Virus record (IMG/VR): IMGVR_UViG_3300029498_000044
Source: a virus
Lineage: Duplodnaviria > Heunggongvirae > Uroviricota > Caudoviricetes
Length of the DNA: 13,541 nt
Strand: one strand, 5' to 3'
Positions 1-6,836 of the stretch are shown in pieces. The translations under genes and the position numbers were made by a program. The notes beneath the pieces are model-generated. The model saw nothing but the letters and a program-made list of their open reading frames with translations. It had not been told where the DNA came from and did no database searches. Every line of letters begins with the position of its first letter. The stretch's first letter is position 1.

Positions 1-120
1 AGTCTAAAAACTAGTATTAAGACTATCACTTATTTAAGTGATATTGGTTGTCTGGAGATTCAGGGGGCCAGTCTATATCTTTCATACTTACTCTCAACTA
101 TCAAAAGTACAGGATTTATT

Positions 121-645
121 ATGAAGTTATGGCCTGTGTTGACTGGCATTGCACTCTCTTTCACTCTTATAGCATGTAAGGCCCCGACACCACCTAAAGG
201 TGTGCAGCCGATTACAAATTTTGACGCCAACCGCTACCTCGGAAAATGGTATGAAATAGCTCGCCTCGAGAACTGGTTCGAACGTGGTCTGGAACAGGTC
301 AGCGCTACTTATGAAAAACGGAACGACGGAGGGATTCGCGTACTTAACCGTGGATACGATCCAACGAAAAACAAATGGAGCGAGAGCGAAGGTAAAGCAT
401 ACTTTACTGGAGATACTAAAACTGCAGCGTTGAAAGTTTCGTTTTTTGGCCCCTTCTATGGTGGCTATAATGTAATCAAACTGGATGATGAGTATAAGTA
501 TGCTCTTGTCAGTGGTCCGAACAGAGAATACCTATGGATTCTGGCAAGGACCCAAACTATTCCAGATAATGTAAAAGCAGACTATGTGCGTACCGCTCAA
601 AAGTTGGGATTCAATGTCAATGAACTATTATGGGTTAAACAATAA
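121..645 (+). CDS. blc: Bacterial lipocalin (Blc-like) outer-membrane lipoprotein
   Basis: 174 aa. Signal peptide ending in lipobox LIAC. Lipocalin motifs (NFDANRYLGKWYEIAR, KVSFFGPFYGGYNVI, YLWILAR) align with E. coli Blc from memory, clearly divergent. AGGA about 8 nt upstream of ATG. Confidence 0.85.
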   Translation: MKLWPVLTGIALSFTLIACKAPTPPKGVQPITNFDANRYLGKWYEIARLENWFERGLEQVSATYEKRNDGGIRVLNRGYDPTKNKWSESEGKAYFTGDTKTAALKVSFFGPFYGGYNVIKLDDEYKYALVSGPNREYLWILARTQTIPDNVKADYVRTAQKLGFNVNELLWVKQ

Positions 646-663
646 AATCCCCACCCGAAATGA

Positions 664-690
664 TACTTATTAGAAAAAAACCAGCCTTTG
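664..690 (-). terminator. Rho-independent terminator (tR'-like) downstream of Q
   Basis: Stem CCAGCC/GGCTGG (671-676/685-690) with 8-nt loop. On the minus strand it is followed by a 7-U run (664-670). Confidence 0.55.
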
Positions 691-749
691 GGGAGGCTGG
701 CTAAATCAGGAAACAAGCTGTTATATGATAATAACTACGTTGCGATTCC

Positions 750-778
750 AACATTTAAAATGTTAGACTAATGAAAAT
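750..778 (-). promoter_or_regulatory. Candidate late promoter (pR'-like) just downstream of Q
   Basis: Minus-strand TTGCTG (773-778), 17-nt spacer, TAACAT (750-755). Position matches lambdoid pR' and precedes the terminator at 664-690. Predicted short transcript of roughly 80 nt. Confidence 0.35.
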
Positions 779-800
779 CAGACAGCAACTTTTCCTTTAA

Positions 801-1178
801 TTATTTCGAACAATCAGCATCCATCTCCAATCGGAGATCCAACACCATCAGCATGCCCTCCACTACGCCCTCAGCTTTCTGGAGCATCCTGCCAACCCAA
901 CAATCAGATCGCCCATGCTTACGTGCAAGCGCCATAAAAGTCATGCCGCCGACATAATAGTCCACCAATAAATCATGTAAATCGCTGTTGTTTTTTTTCA
1001 GGCGAGCCATACATTCACAAATGATCATCGCGTCATCGTCACAGCATTGCGGACGAGATCTTACTTTTGAAGGAATTAATCCCTTAAAACCGGCGGCAAT
1101 GGACGACCAGGTCACATCTTCATGATTATTAGCCGCCCATGCCCCCCAACGCTCAAGAACCATCTGAATATCACGCAT
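801..1178 (-). CDS. quuD: Late-gene antitermination protein Q (QuuD-type)
   Basis: Translation [24 protein letters not shown]...[10 protein letters not shown]...LRLEMD matches my recollection of DLP12 QuuD. Start moved from the track's TTG (1193) to ATG at 1178 with GGAG 7 nt upstream. Confidence 0.85.
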   Translation of the reverse strand: MRDIQMVLERWGAWAANNHEDVTWSSIAAGFKGLIPSKVRSRPQCCDDDAMIICECMARLKKNNSDLHDLLVDYYVGGMTFMALARKHGRSDCWVGRMLQKAEGVVEGMLMVLDLRLEMDADCSK

Positions 1179-1195
1179 CAACTTACTCCACAAAA

Positions 1196-2245
1196 TTAGG
1201 CCAGCACACCAATTGCCAGCGCGCGATCGATAAATCGAAAAATCAGCTCCAGTTGGGAGCCATACTTCTCTTCAAATGCCACGGTATCCGTATGCAACTC
1301 GTCGTGATGCTTTCTGCACAAAGGCAACACAAAGAGATCATGTGCTTTGGTTCCCATTCCGCCCTGCCCGTGACCAATCAGATGATGCGGATCGTCGGCT
1401 GGCATACCGCAGCAAGCACACGGCTGTGTCTTAACCCAGCGTGTGTATTTCTCCTTAACCCAACGGTGACGTTTAGGCAGCTTCATGAAAGATTCCGGAG
1501 ACTCTGGATCAACGGTGATGCTTACCACCGTCTTTTCCTGTGATGGGTTTTGTTGCTGGTGGGCGTGAGGCAACGGTGCAAGATTTTTTGTGCGCTGTTT
1601 CAATATGCTGGTGGCGGTCTGCTCTCCCGGTACGATGTCGCTTTCGCGGTACACCGAGCAGTTTTTTTCCGCTGGTAATCCCAGCGAGCGACGTAATACC
1701 ACTTCCGGTAGCGCGTCCGCCACCTGATTGCGGACCGCCCACCAGGATAATTCAGCCAGAGATAATTCACGCTCCTGCGTACCGCTTATTGCGTGACCGA
1801 TGACGTCAATCATCCATGCTGACAGGTTTTGATGAGCAAGTTGCTCGAGTGATTCGGATGTCTGGTCACGCAGCTGGTTGTCGCAGTGCCAGCACAACAC
1901 CATTGCGCCGGTACCATAACGGTGAATGACGGTTTCACTGTGGTGATAATCGCCGTGTGGCCACTGGCAGGATTTAACATGGCGCAGTAACCAATCAGAC
2001 AATGCGCCAGCGCCACCAGCAGCACGAATCACTCGTTCGTCGCTGAAAAATGGCAGTAATGATTTATCCTCCGCCAGCGGCTGGCGAACGGCAGGAACGA
2101 CCCCGGACGGCAGATTACGCATGCTTTTCGGTTCCGGCTCCACCAGTACCCGGGTATTGTGGAATACCGGCATGGATTCACGGCCCGGCTTAACGATCAC
2201 CAGCCCGAGTTCCGGTACCAGAACAGGTCGAAGTAATACCCGCAC
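1196..2245 (-). CDS. ydfU: DUF968 / YdfU-like prophage protein with C-terminal Cys/His-rich (HNH-like) motif
   Basis: 349 aa, same length and position (adjacent to Q) as Qin YdfU. C-terminal motif CACCG...HH...CRKHH. GTG start with GGAGG SD, overlapping the stop of the upstream gene. Confidence 0.8.
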   Translation of the reverse strand: MRVLLRPVLVPELGLVIVKPGRESMPVFHNTRVLVEPEPKSMRNLPSGVVPAVRQPLAEDKSLLPFFSDERVIRAAGGAGALSDWLLRHVKSCQWPHGDYHHSETVIHRYGTGAMVLCWHCDNQLRDQTSESLEQLAHQNLSAWMIDVIGHAISGTQERELSLAELSWWAVRNQVADALPEVVLRRSLGLPAEKNCSVYRESDIVPGEQTATSILKQRTKNLAPLPHAHQQQNPSQEKTVVSITVDPESPESFMKLPKRHRWVKEKYTRWVKTQPCACCGMPADDPHHLIGHGQGGMGTKAHDLFVLPLCRKHHDELHTDTVAFEEKYGSQLELIFRFIDRALAIGVLA

Positions 2246-2246
2246 G

Positions 2247-2519
2247 TTACCTCCAGATGCGTTGCTGGAATGTGCGGGACGGACGCGGTGGGCGTTCGGA
2301 ATAAGGGAGTCTGACGTAGATTATCCAGTGACGATAATCGAGGGTGAGGGCTTTCCTAAACTCATATCCACGTCTGCGGTAGTTATGAATCAGCCATTCG
2401 GCCTGTTCTTCAGTACAGGGATCGTGCTGATACCAGTCATATTTGAATGCGTGAGAACGCCACCCGTGCCTGCTGGCAAAGGCAGAATCAGAATTGCGAA
2501 ATTTGAAATTATGCGCCAT
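2247..2519 (-). CDS. Hypothetical prophage protein (90 aa)
   Basis: ORF with GGAG SD 6 nt before ATG at 2519. Its stop abuts the ydfU start. No motif recognised. Confidence 0.5.
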   Translation of the reverse strand: MAHNFKFRNSDSAFASRHGWRSHAFKYDWYQHDPCTEEQAEWLIHNYRRRGYEFRKALTLDYRHWIIYVRLPYSERPPRPSRTFQQRIWR

Positions 2520-2578
2520 TGTCATCTCCAATGGCGCTGCAGGTTGCCAGTTGTTCAGGCTGGCTCACGTATTATAAC

Positions 2579-2752
2579 TTATTCCCGAACTACCTTGAAA
2601 CCGAGTCTTTCCAAGTATTCAATGAATGCCTCAACAGATAACACTACATGATCATCAGGAATTAACGCTGTGTAGGTAATACCCCCATTCTCAACGCGCA
2701 CAGCATAGAGGCCATCTTCACTAAAAATTTCACGTAATTCTTCGATTTTCAT
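2579..2752 (-). CDS. Hypothetical small protein (57 aa)
   Basis: ATG at 2752 preceded by GGAAGGA 8 nt upstream. Track ORF 2579..2800 trimmed to this start. Confidence 0.45.
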   Translation of the reverse strand: MKIEELREIFSEDGLYAVRVENGGITYTALIPDDHVVLSVEAFIEYLERLGFKVVRE

Positions 2753-2884
2753 CAACAGAATCCTTCCAGATAAATAGCACTCCCCCTGTTCGGGGTCCAT
2801 CCCTCTTCTCCCTGCGCGCTACTTAAGTATTTTTGATTCTATTCTGGCACCGTCCAAAACTTCAAACACGTTGAAAATAAAAAC

Positions 2885-2905
2885 AAAAAACCCGCCGAAG
2901 CGGGT
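2885..2905 (-). terminator. Rho-independent terminator ending the two-gene cassette
   Basis: Minus strand: stem ACCCGC/GCGGGT with TTCG loop, then a T-run. Lies immediately after the stop at 2910. Shares an identical 20-nt core with 4721-4740. Confidence 0.65.
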
Positions 2906-2909
2906 ATAC

Positions 2910-4016
2910 TCAAACAATCTGGAAAATATTTCTTGGATTTGTAATAGGTCTGTTGATGGAGAACAACTCACGAATTAAATCTTGGCTCAAGCCAGTTTTC
3001 ATAAGAATTCTTAGCCAGGTTGCATCATCCAGCATTTCAATCGCCTCGGCCAGCATGCCGGGTTCTTCAGGGCGCAAAAGTTCATCACCAGGTTCAACTC
3101 TCGTATACCCTCTGGAATTAAGATGCATATAGCCAGTTCTTGCCTGTTCCTGGGTCAATAAGCCTAATGCGCTGGCTCGATAAATACACATTTTAAGGCT
3201 GATTTTCCATCTAAGTTTAAATTCAACCAGAGCATTCCAGTCGAATTGCTTACCTCGTATTCGTGGAAATTCTTTAATGAAAGATAACCTGGGAACTAAT
3301 AAGGCGCTCGAAAAGTGATCGGCTTGTGATTCCGTAAGTTTATCACCTGTCGTTATGCCCTCATGCATTACTAAATGCCCTAATTCATGACCTAAATCAG
3401 AGCGAAATCTACATATGCTTTTTTTAACATTGTTCCTGATGATAACAGGCCTGTTATTGTGAACAGTAAAAGCATCAACACGATCATCGACTCCCGTAAC
3501 ATGCGCAACGATTACCCCTAAACTCTCCGCCAATTTAACCATTGATGATATAGGGCCAAGACCTAAATTCCAGGCACGGCGACAATCTTCTGCCACTCGC
3601 TCAATATCATTCGGAGTAAGTAATTCAGCCCCTGGGTGCTCCGGTATGTTAACGTCAGGAAATTCGATTTCACCTTCAACAGCAGAAATTATAATATTAA
3701 GAATCTCAGCCCTGGCCAATACACTATTAGTCAGCGTTTGAGTCCTGGACTTCTTACTCCGAAAATGGCAGACATCACTTTCCAGAGCGTATTTTCGTTC
3801 AGTAAAAAGAAAACTGGACTTAATCATAAGCGCTGAAGATATTAACTCAAGACATTGCTCCGATGGCCTGCACCCCTTCTCCAGTTTGCTAACGAATTGC
3901 TTTGTCTTGCCAATTTTTTCGGCTAACTCTTCACAAGAAAGCCCAACAGCCATTCTCGCTAGTTTGAGCTTATCACCCCGATACTCAGTGAAGTTATTCA
4001 CCTGATGTTCCATCAC
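2910..4016 (-). CDS. HTH_XRE DNA-binding domain fused to ImmA/IrrE-family (COG2856) Zn-metallopeptidase
   Basis: N-terminal XRE helix-turn-helix (about residues 12-68, LARMAVGLSCEELAEKIGKTKQFVSKLEKG). HEXXH motif H210-E-L-G-H214 at nt 3375-3389. First codon is GTG at 4016 or ATG at 4013. Overlaps the upstream gene by about 20 nt. Confidence 0.85.
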   Translation of the reverse strand: MMEHQVNNFTEYRGDKLKLARMAVGLSCEELAEKIGKTKQFVSKLEKGCRPSEQCLELISSALMIKSSFLFTERKYALESDVCHFRSKKSRTQTLTNSVLARAEILNIIISAVEGEIEFPDVNIPEHPGAELLTPNDIERVAEDCRRAWNLGLGPISSMVKLAESLGVIVAHVTGVDDRVDAFTVHNNRPVIIRNNVKKSICRFRSDLGHELGHLVMHEGITTGDKLTESQADHFSSALLVPRLSFIKEFPRIRGKQFDWNALVEFKLRWKISLKMCIYRASALGLLTQEQARTGYMHLNSRGYTRVEPGDELLRPEEPGMLAEAIEMLDDATWLRILMKTGLSQDLIRELFSINRPITNPRNIFQIV

Positions 4017-4644
4017 TGCTCACATCCAAATCTTTATCCTTCGTACGCCGACGAAGAGGCACCTTATTAATCTCCGCTTCGTCAGGGAGTGTGTTATAAT
4101 CAAGAGGCATAAGCGGCATCGATGCTGTAGATTGATGAGAAACTATACTAATCTGAGCACCATAAGTATTAAATCCAACAAGAGCTACCTCCCAACGAGG
4201 CAGTGTGGACTCTAATTCACCATCGCCCTCTTCGGATAAAAAAGGCTCAGCTATGACTCGCCATGTAATATCTTGCTCAGCCTCAACATCACCAAACAAT
4301 GAGAGCTGCTCATACTCTACTTTATTTCGACGCAGACGATGTTTCTTTTTGGGGTTATTAATGCAATCTTTGGTAAATTGTAGCGGAACTTTATTTAAAG
4401 CAACTACATAGTCCAACCCCTTGGAAATCATCTCAAGGCCAGGAATTGCATCTTCATTTTGAATAAGATGATTTCTGACCCAATCATAAGCCCTTACACC
4501 TTCAGACCAGTTGCTGTCTAATGCGTGCTTATGATAGTACAGCTGCTCAAGTACGTTAGCGATCTCCGCCAACAAGTGGCGAACATAGTTTTCAGCAAGA
4601 TAAGGTTGAAATTCCCAACAAGGAGCTAACTGATTTTCATTCAT
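3994..4644 (-). CDS. Hypothetical 216-aa protein, operon partner of the HTH-peptidase; candidate effector or toxin
   Basis: Long ORF with no motif I recognise. Contains a basic patch KKKHRLRRNK. Its 3' end overlaps the downstream peptidase gene. Weak SD. Confidence 0.7.
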   Translation of the reverse strand: MNENQLAPCWEFQPYLAENYVRHLLAEIANVLEQLYYHKHALDSNWSEGVRAYDWVRNHLIQNEDAIPGLEMISKGLDYVVALNKVPLQFTKDCINNPKKKHRLRRNKVEYEQLSLFGDVEAEQDITWRVIAEPFLSEEGDGELESTLPRWEVALVGFNTYGAQISIVSHQSTASMPLMPLDYNTLPDEAEINKVPLRRRTKDKDLDVSSDGTSGE

Positions 4645-4679
4645 TTCAAGTTTCGCTTTTTTTAGAATTCGTAAACCAC

Positions 4680-4708
4680 ATATTTTCGCATTTTTCTATT
4701 TTTGTCAA
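4680..4708 (-). promoter_or_regulatory. Candidate cassette-specific promoter
   Basis: Perfect minus-strand -35 TTGACA (4703-4708). The -10 is weak (AAATAT or AAAATA at 16-18 nt spacing). Sits between the upstream terminator and the cassette start. Confidence 0.3.
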
Positions 4709-4720
4709 CCAGACTAATGC

Positions 4721-4740
4721 AAAAACCCGCCGAAGCGGGT
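4721..4740 (-). terminator. Rho-independent terminator at the 3' end of the hok transcript
   Basis: Same ACCCGC-TTCG-GCGGGT hairpin plus T-run as 2885-2905, about 70 nt past the hok stop. Confidence 0.6.
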
Positions 4741-4809
4741 TAAGTGCGGGTGCGTTGAGGATGCCTGGCACATCAGAGGTGGCGGGAGATTACTCCCCCG
4801 CCGGGTCTC

Positions 4810-4965
4810 TTACTCCTCAGGTTCGTAAGCTGTGAAGACAGCGACCTCCGTCTGGCCGGTTCGGATTCGTACCTCGCAGAGGTCTTTCCTCGTTACCAGT
4901 GCCGTCACAATGACGGTTAAACAGATGACGATCAGGGCGATTAGCATCGCCTTTTGCTGCTTCAT
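4810..4965 (-). CDS. hokD: Hok-family type I toxin (small membrane peptide, 51 aa)
   Basis: MKQQKAMLIALIVICLTVIVTALVTRKDLCEVRIRTGQTEVAVFTAYEPEE is a canonical Hok/Gef sequence and matches my memory of HokD/RelF. Track ORF 4810..5022 carries a 19-codon upstream extension at the mok-like position. Confidence 0.85.
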   Translation of the reverse strand: MKQQKAMLIALIVICLTVIVTALVTRKDLCEVRIRTGQTEVAVFTAYEPEE

Positions 4966-5169
4966 AGCCTGCTTCTCCTTGCCTTTCGGCACGTAAGAGG
5001 CTAACCTACGTGTGTAGAGCATAGATATGGCCTCAGATTAATGTTAAGCGTCTTGCCGGACGCGTAATGTTAACTGGGGCTTTTCTCTATCTGCCTTTTG
5101 GTGTTCATGCCTGAGACAGATAGCCTCAAGCACCCGCTGCAATTCTACTTAACTCTCCTTTTCCCGCAA
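4966..5169 (-). promoter_or_regulatory. hok promoter and long 5' leader with mok-like start and Sok target
   Basis: Minus-strand TTGCGG (5164-5169), 16-nt spacer, TAGAAT (5142-5147). Leader contains GCTTGAGGCTATCTG...CAGATAG complementary boxes. In-frame upstream ATG at 5022. Confidence 0.5.
5014..5090 (+). ncRNA. Candidate Sok-like antisense RNA (approximate coordinates)
   Basis: Plus-strand TTGCCT (4979-4984), 17-nt spacer, TAACCT (5002-5007) would start a transcript antisense to the mok start and SD. The 3' end is not resolved. Confidence 0.3.
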
Positions 5170-5176
5170 ACCGTTT

Positions 5177-5260
5177 TTATCCCCAGCGGCAAATCGAATA
5201 CACCACCAGCGCCACCGCCATCGCAATTCCTACCGTTGTTAATGCTTCAGGCCAGGTCAT
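5177..5260 (-). CDS. Candidate 27-aa hydrophobic peptide ([27 protein letters not shown])
   Basis: ATG overlaps the TGA of the upstream gene (ATGA). GGAGGA lies 9-10 nt upstream. Single predicted transmembrane helix. Not in the ORF track because it is under 60 aa. Confidence 0.3.
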   Translation of the reverse strand: MTWPEALTTVGIAMAVALVVYSICRWG

Positions 5261-5601
5261 CGTAAAATATCCTCCACGCTTATCAGTCCGTTCCGCTCCA
5301 GATAACTCATCGCCTTATCCGGTAATTTGCAGTCTGGCTTCGCTTTCCTCAGTTGCCAGGTTAACTGCTTTACCAGCATGGTTAACTCATCGACCAGACG
5401 CTGATATCCCACTGGTTTGTATTCATGCAATTTACCGGCTGGCTCTGCTGCCAGCGATACCAGTGCGATTTCCAGAACAGCAATATCCATCTTATATGTG
5501 CGGATGATGTCATGGTCGATTGTGCCCGGTATGCACAGTCTCTGTGCTTCAATAGTCTCCTCTGCGTGAGCTATTAACTGCTCTCTGGTAAAAGTCGTCA
5601 T
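5257..5601 (-). CDS. Hypothetical prophage protein (114 aa), paralogous to the next gene upstream
   Basis: ATGA-coupled to the 55-aa ORF. N-terminus MTTFTREQ and segment [11 protein letters not shown] resemble MTTITKER and [11 protein letters not shown] of the neighbour. Confidence 0.6.
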   Translation of the reverse strand: MTTFTREQLIAHAEETIEAQRLCIPGTIDHDIIRTYKMDIAVLEIALVSLAAEPAGKLHEYKPVGYQRLVDELTMLVKQLTWQLRKAKPDCKLPDKAMSYLERNGLISVEDILR

Positions 5602-5765
5602 GCCGTAGCCCCTTCTTGATATTTTTCAAACCAGAACACAACCGGCTCTGCTTCCAGCGATGCCAGCGCAATCCGTGCCAGTTCCATTTGTTCACCACGG
5701 GTAAGCCCGTTTTCAAGCGGGTTTTTAATGAACAATTCAATACGTTCTTTGGTAATAGTGGTCAT
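5598..5765 (-). CDS. Hypothetical small protein (55 aa), paralog of the 114-aa neighbour
   Basis: Unlisted ORF. AAGGAG 7 nt before ATG at 5765. Stop overlaps the downstream start (ATGA). Confidence 0.6.
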   Translation of the reverse strand: MTTITKERIELFIKNPLENGLTRGEQMELARIALASLEAEPVVFWFEKYQEGATA

Positions 5766-5775
5766 GTGTTACTCC

Positions 5776-6039
5776 TTAACCCGCAGTGCTTTCAACTGAT
5801 GAGGGGAACAAAATCTTTTCATCAAACCCTGCATTCATATCATGGACAGCAACACACCAATCCATTGACGAACGATTATCAAGAGCCTCCATGATTTCAT
5901 CCATGCGGCGCAGGTCATACAGGTAAATGCTTTTATCGCCAATGGTGTAAAAACCAATTTTTTTCGGTGATGGACAGCGATCAAGAACGTCCTGTAATTC
6001 GTTCAACCATGCCTGTTCTTTTTTTGTCAAAGTTGCCAT
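5776..6039 (-). CDS. Hypothetical prophage protein (87 aa)
   Basis: Start taken at internal ATG 6039 with AAGGAAA SD, just after the stop of the upstream gene. Track ORF extends to 6129. Confidence 0.55.
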   Translation of the reverse strand: MATLTKKEQAWLNELQDVLDRCPSPKKIGFYTIGDKSIYLYDLRRMDEIMEALDNRSSMDWCVAVHDMNAGFDEKILFPSSVESTAG

Positions 6040-6040
6040 A

Positions 6041-6259
6041 TCAGTTTTCCTTATACGGATTAATTTTATTGTGCAGTGTGTTGAACGGAGCCCATACCAC
6101 GTCGTTATACAATTCAATAACTGGCTCAATTATTTTTCCGATTCCCCATACCAGAATTAACGGGGATATCGGTATCATCAACACGATAAACAGAATGAGA
6201 AACAAAAATTCTGTCGCTCTACTTTTTCGCGGATATTCTTTTCTGAATAATGTAGGCAC
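6041..6259 (-). CDS. Small membrane protein (72 aa, one predicted TM helix)
   Basis: Hydrophobic stretch FLFLILFIVLMIPISPLILVWGIG. GTG start with GGAGAG SD, overlapping the upstream stop. Confidence 0.55.
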   Translation of the reverse strand: MPTLFRKEYPRKSRATEFLFLILFIVLMIPISPLILVWGIGKIIEPVIELYNDVVWAPFNTLHNKINPYKEN

Positions 6260-6260
6260 A

Positions 6261-6476
6261 TCACTCTCCTTTGTTGCTCCTCAAAATTTTATGCCCTGGC
6301 GCAAAAGCACGCGTTTTGTCGGCACTTATTCGCCACCCATCTTTACGTGCCTCTTTTGCACAGCCAGCCCATGACGTACCGATATACTCACCAAAATCTG
6401 GCGACTGATATTTGCCATCCGTACACTGGCGGCAATCACAATAGAGATGCATGGTATAACTTGCGGCAATACCCAT
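6261..6476 (-). CDS. Small Cys-rich protein (71 aa)
   Basis: C-x-C-x2-C cluster (YCDCRQC) plus a further Cys. ATG immediately follows the upstream TGA. Confidence 0.5.
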   Translation of the reverse strand: MGIAASYTMHLYCDCRQCTDGKYQSPDFGEYIGTSWAGCAKEARKDGWRISADKTRAFAPGHKILRSNKGE

Positions 6477-6836
6477 TCAGCCTCCTTTGATGCCCGTGTT
6501 TACAACCAGGCAGGCCTCCTTGAGTACCCAGTCAATAGCGTCTTTCCATGCTCCGGTTTCAACTGGCGGATCCTCACGCCGCACCTGTTCATAAAAGCGC
6601 ACAGCTTTAACCAGTCCTTCTGATGTCACCGAAGCTGGCGGGGCCGTGAATAACGCCTGAATTTCATAGTTTGGTCTGTCGTTACAATCCTCTTTTGTCG
6701 GGACATATTTCCAGTCACCAACCCACTGCTTCCCCTGAAAGTCTGTAACGCCTTTTTTCACGTAGCGATATCGCCATGCCACTGGTTTTGCCTGCCCTAC
6801 CTTTTCATGCCCTTCCTGATAATTAATCTCGCTCAT
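6477..6836 (-). CDS. Hypothetical prophage protein (119 aa)
   Basis: ORF with ATGA overlap to the upstream 58-aa ORF. Confidence 0.6.
   Translation of the reverse strand: MSEINYQEGHEKVGQAKPVAWRYRYVKKGVTDFQGKQWVGDWKYVPTKEDCNDRPNYEIQALFTAPPASVTSEGLVKAVRFYEQVRREDPPVETGAWKDAIDWVLKEACLVVNTGIKGG

Noticed and set aside
1-120. Promoter for the blc-like gene
   Set aside because: No convincing -35/-10 pair with 16-18 nt spacing was found in the 120 nt available. The promoter may lie beyond the window start.
1139-2651. Track ORFs 1139..1543(+), 1509..1742(-), 1540..1803(+), 1810..2025(-), 2121..2651(+)
   Set aside because: They lie inside or antisense to the well-supported Q, ydfU-like and 90-aa genes, and have no SD or recognisable motifs. 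Treated as frame shadows.
3636-4411. Track ORFs 3636..3836(+) and 4205..4411(+) antisense to the cassette genes
   Set aside because: Short, low-complexity translations inside the strongly supported minus-strand genes, with no start context.
4966-5256. relBE type II toxin-antitoxin next to hok, as in E. coli K-12 Qin
   Set aside because: No RelB- or RelE-like ORF is present in any frame. The flanking genes are the tandem small paralogs and the two-gene cassette.
5549-6374. Track ORFs 5549..5740(-), 5616..5894(+), 5967..6374(+)
   Set aside because: They overlap the coupled small-gene chain in the wrong frame or strand. The 55-aa ORF at 5598..5765 with an AAGGAG SD explains this region better.
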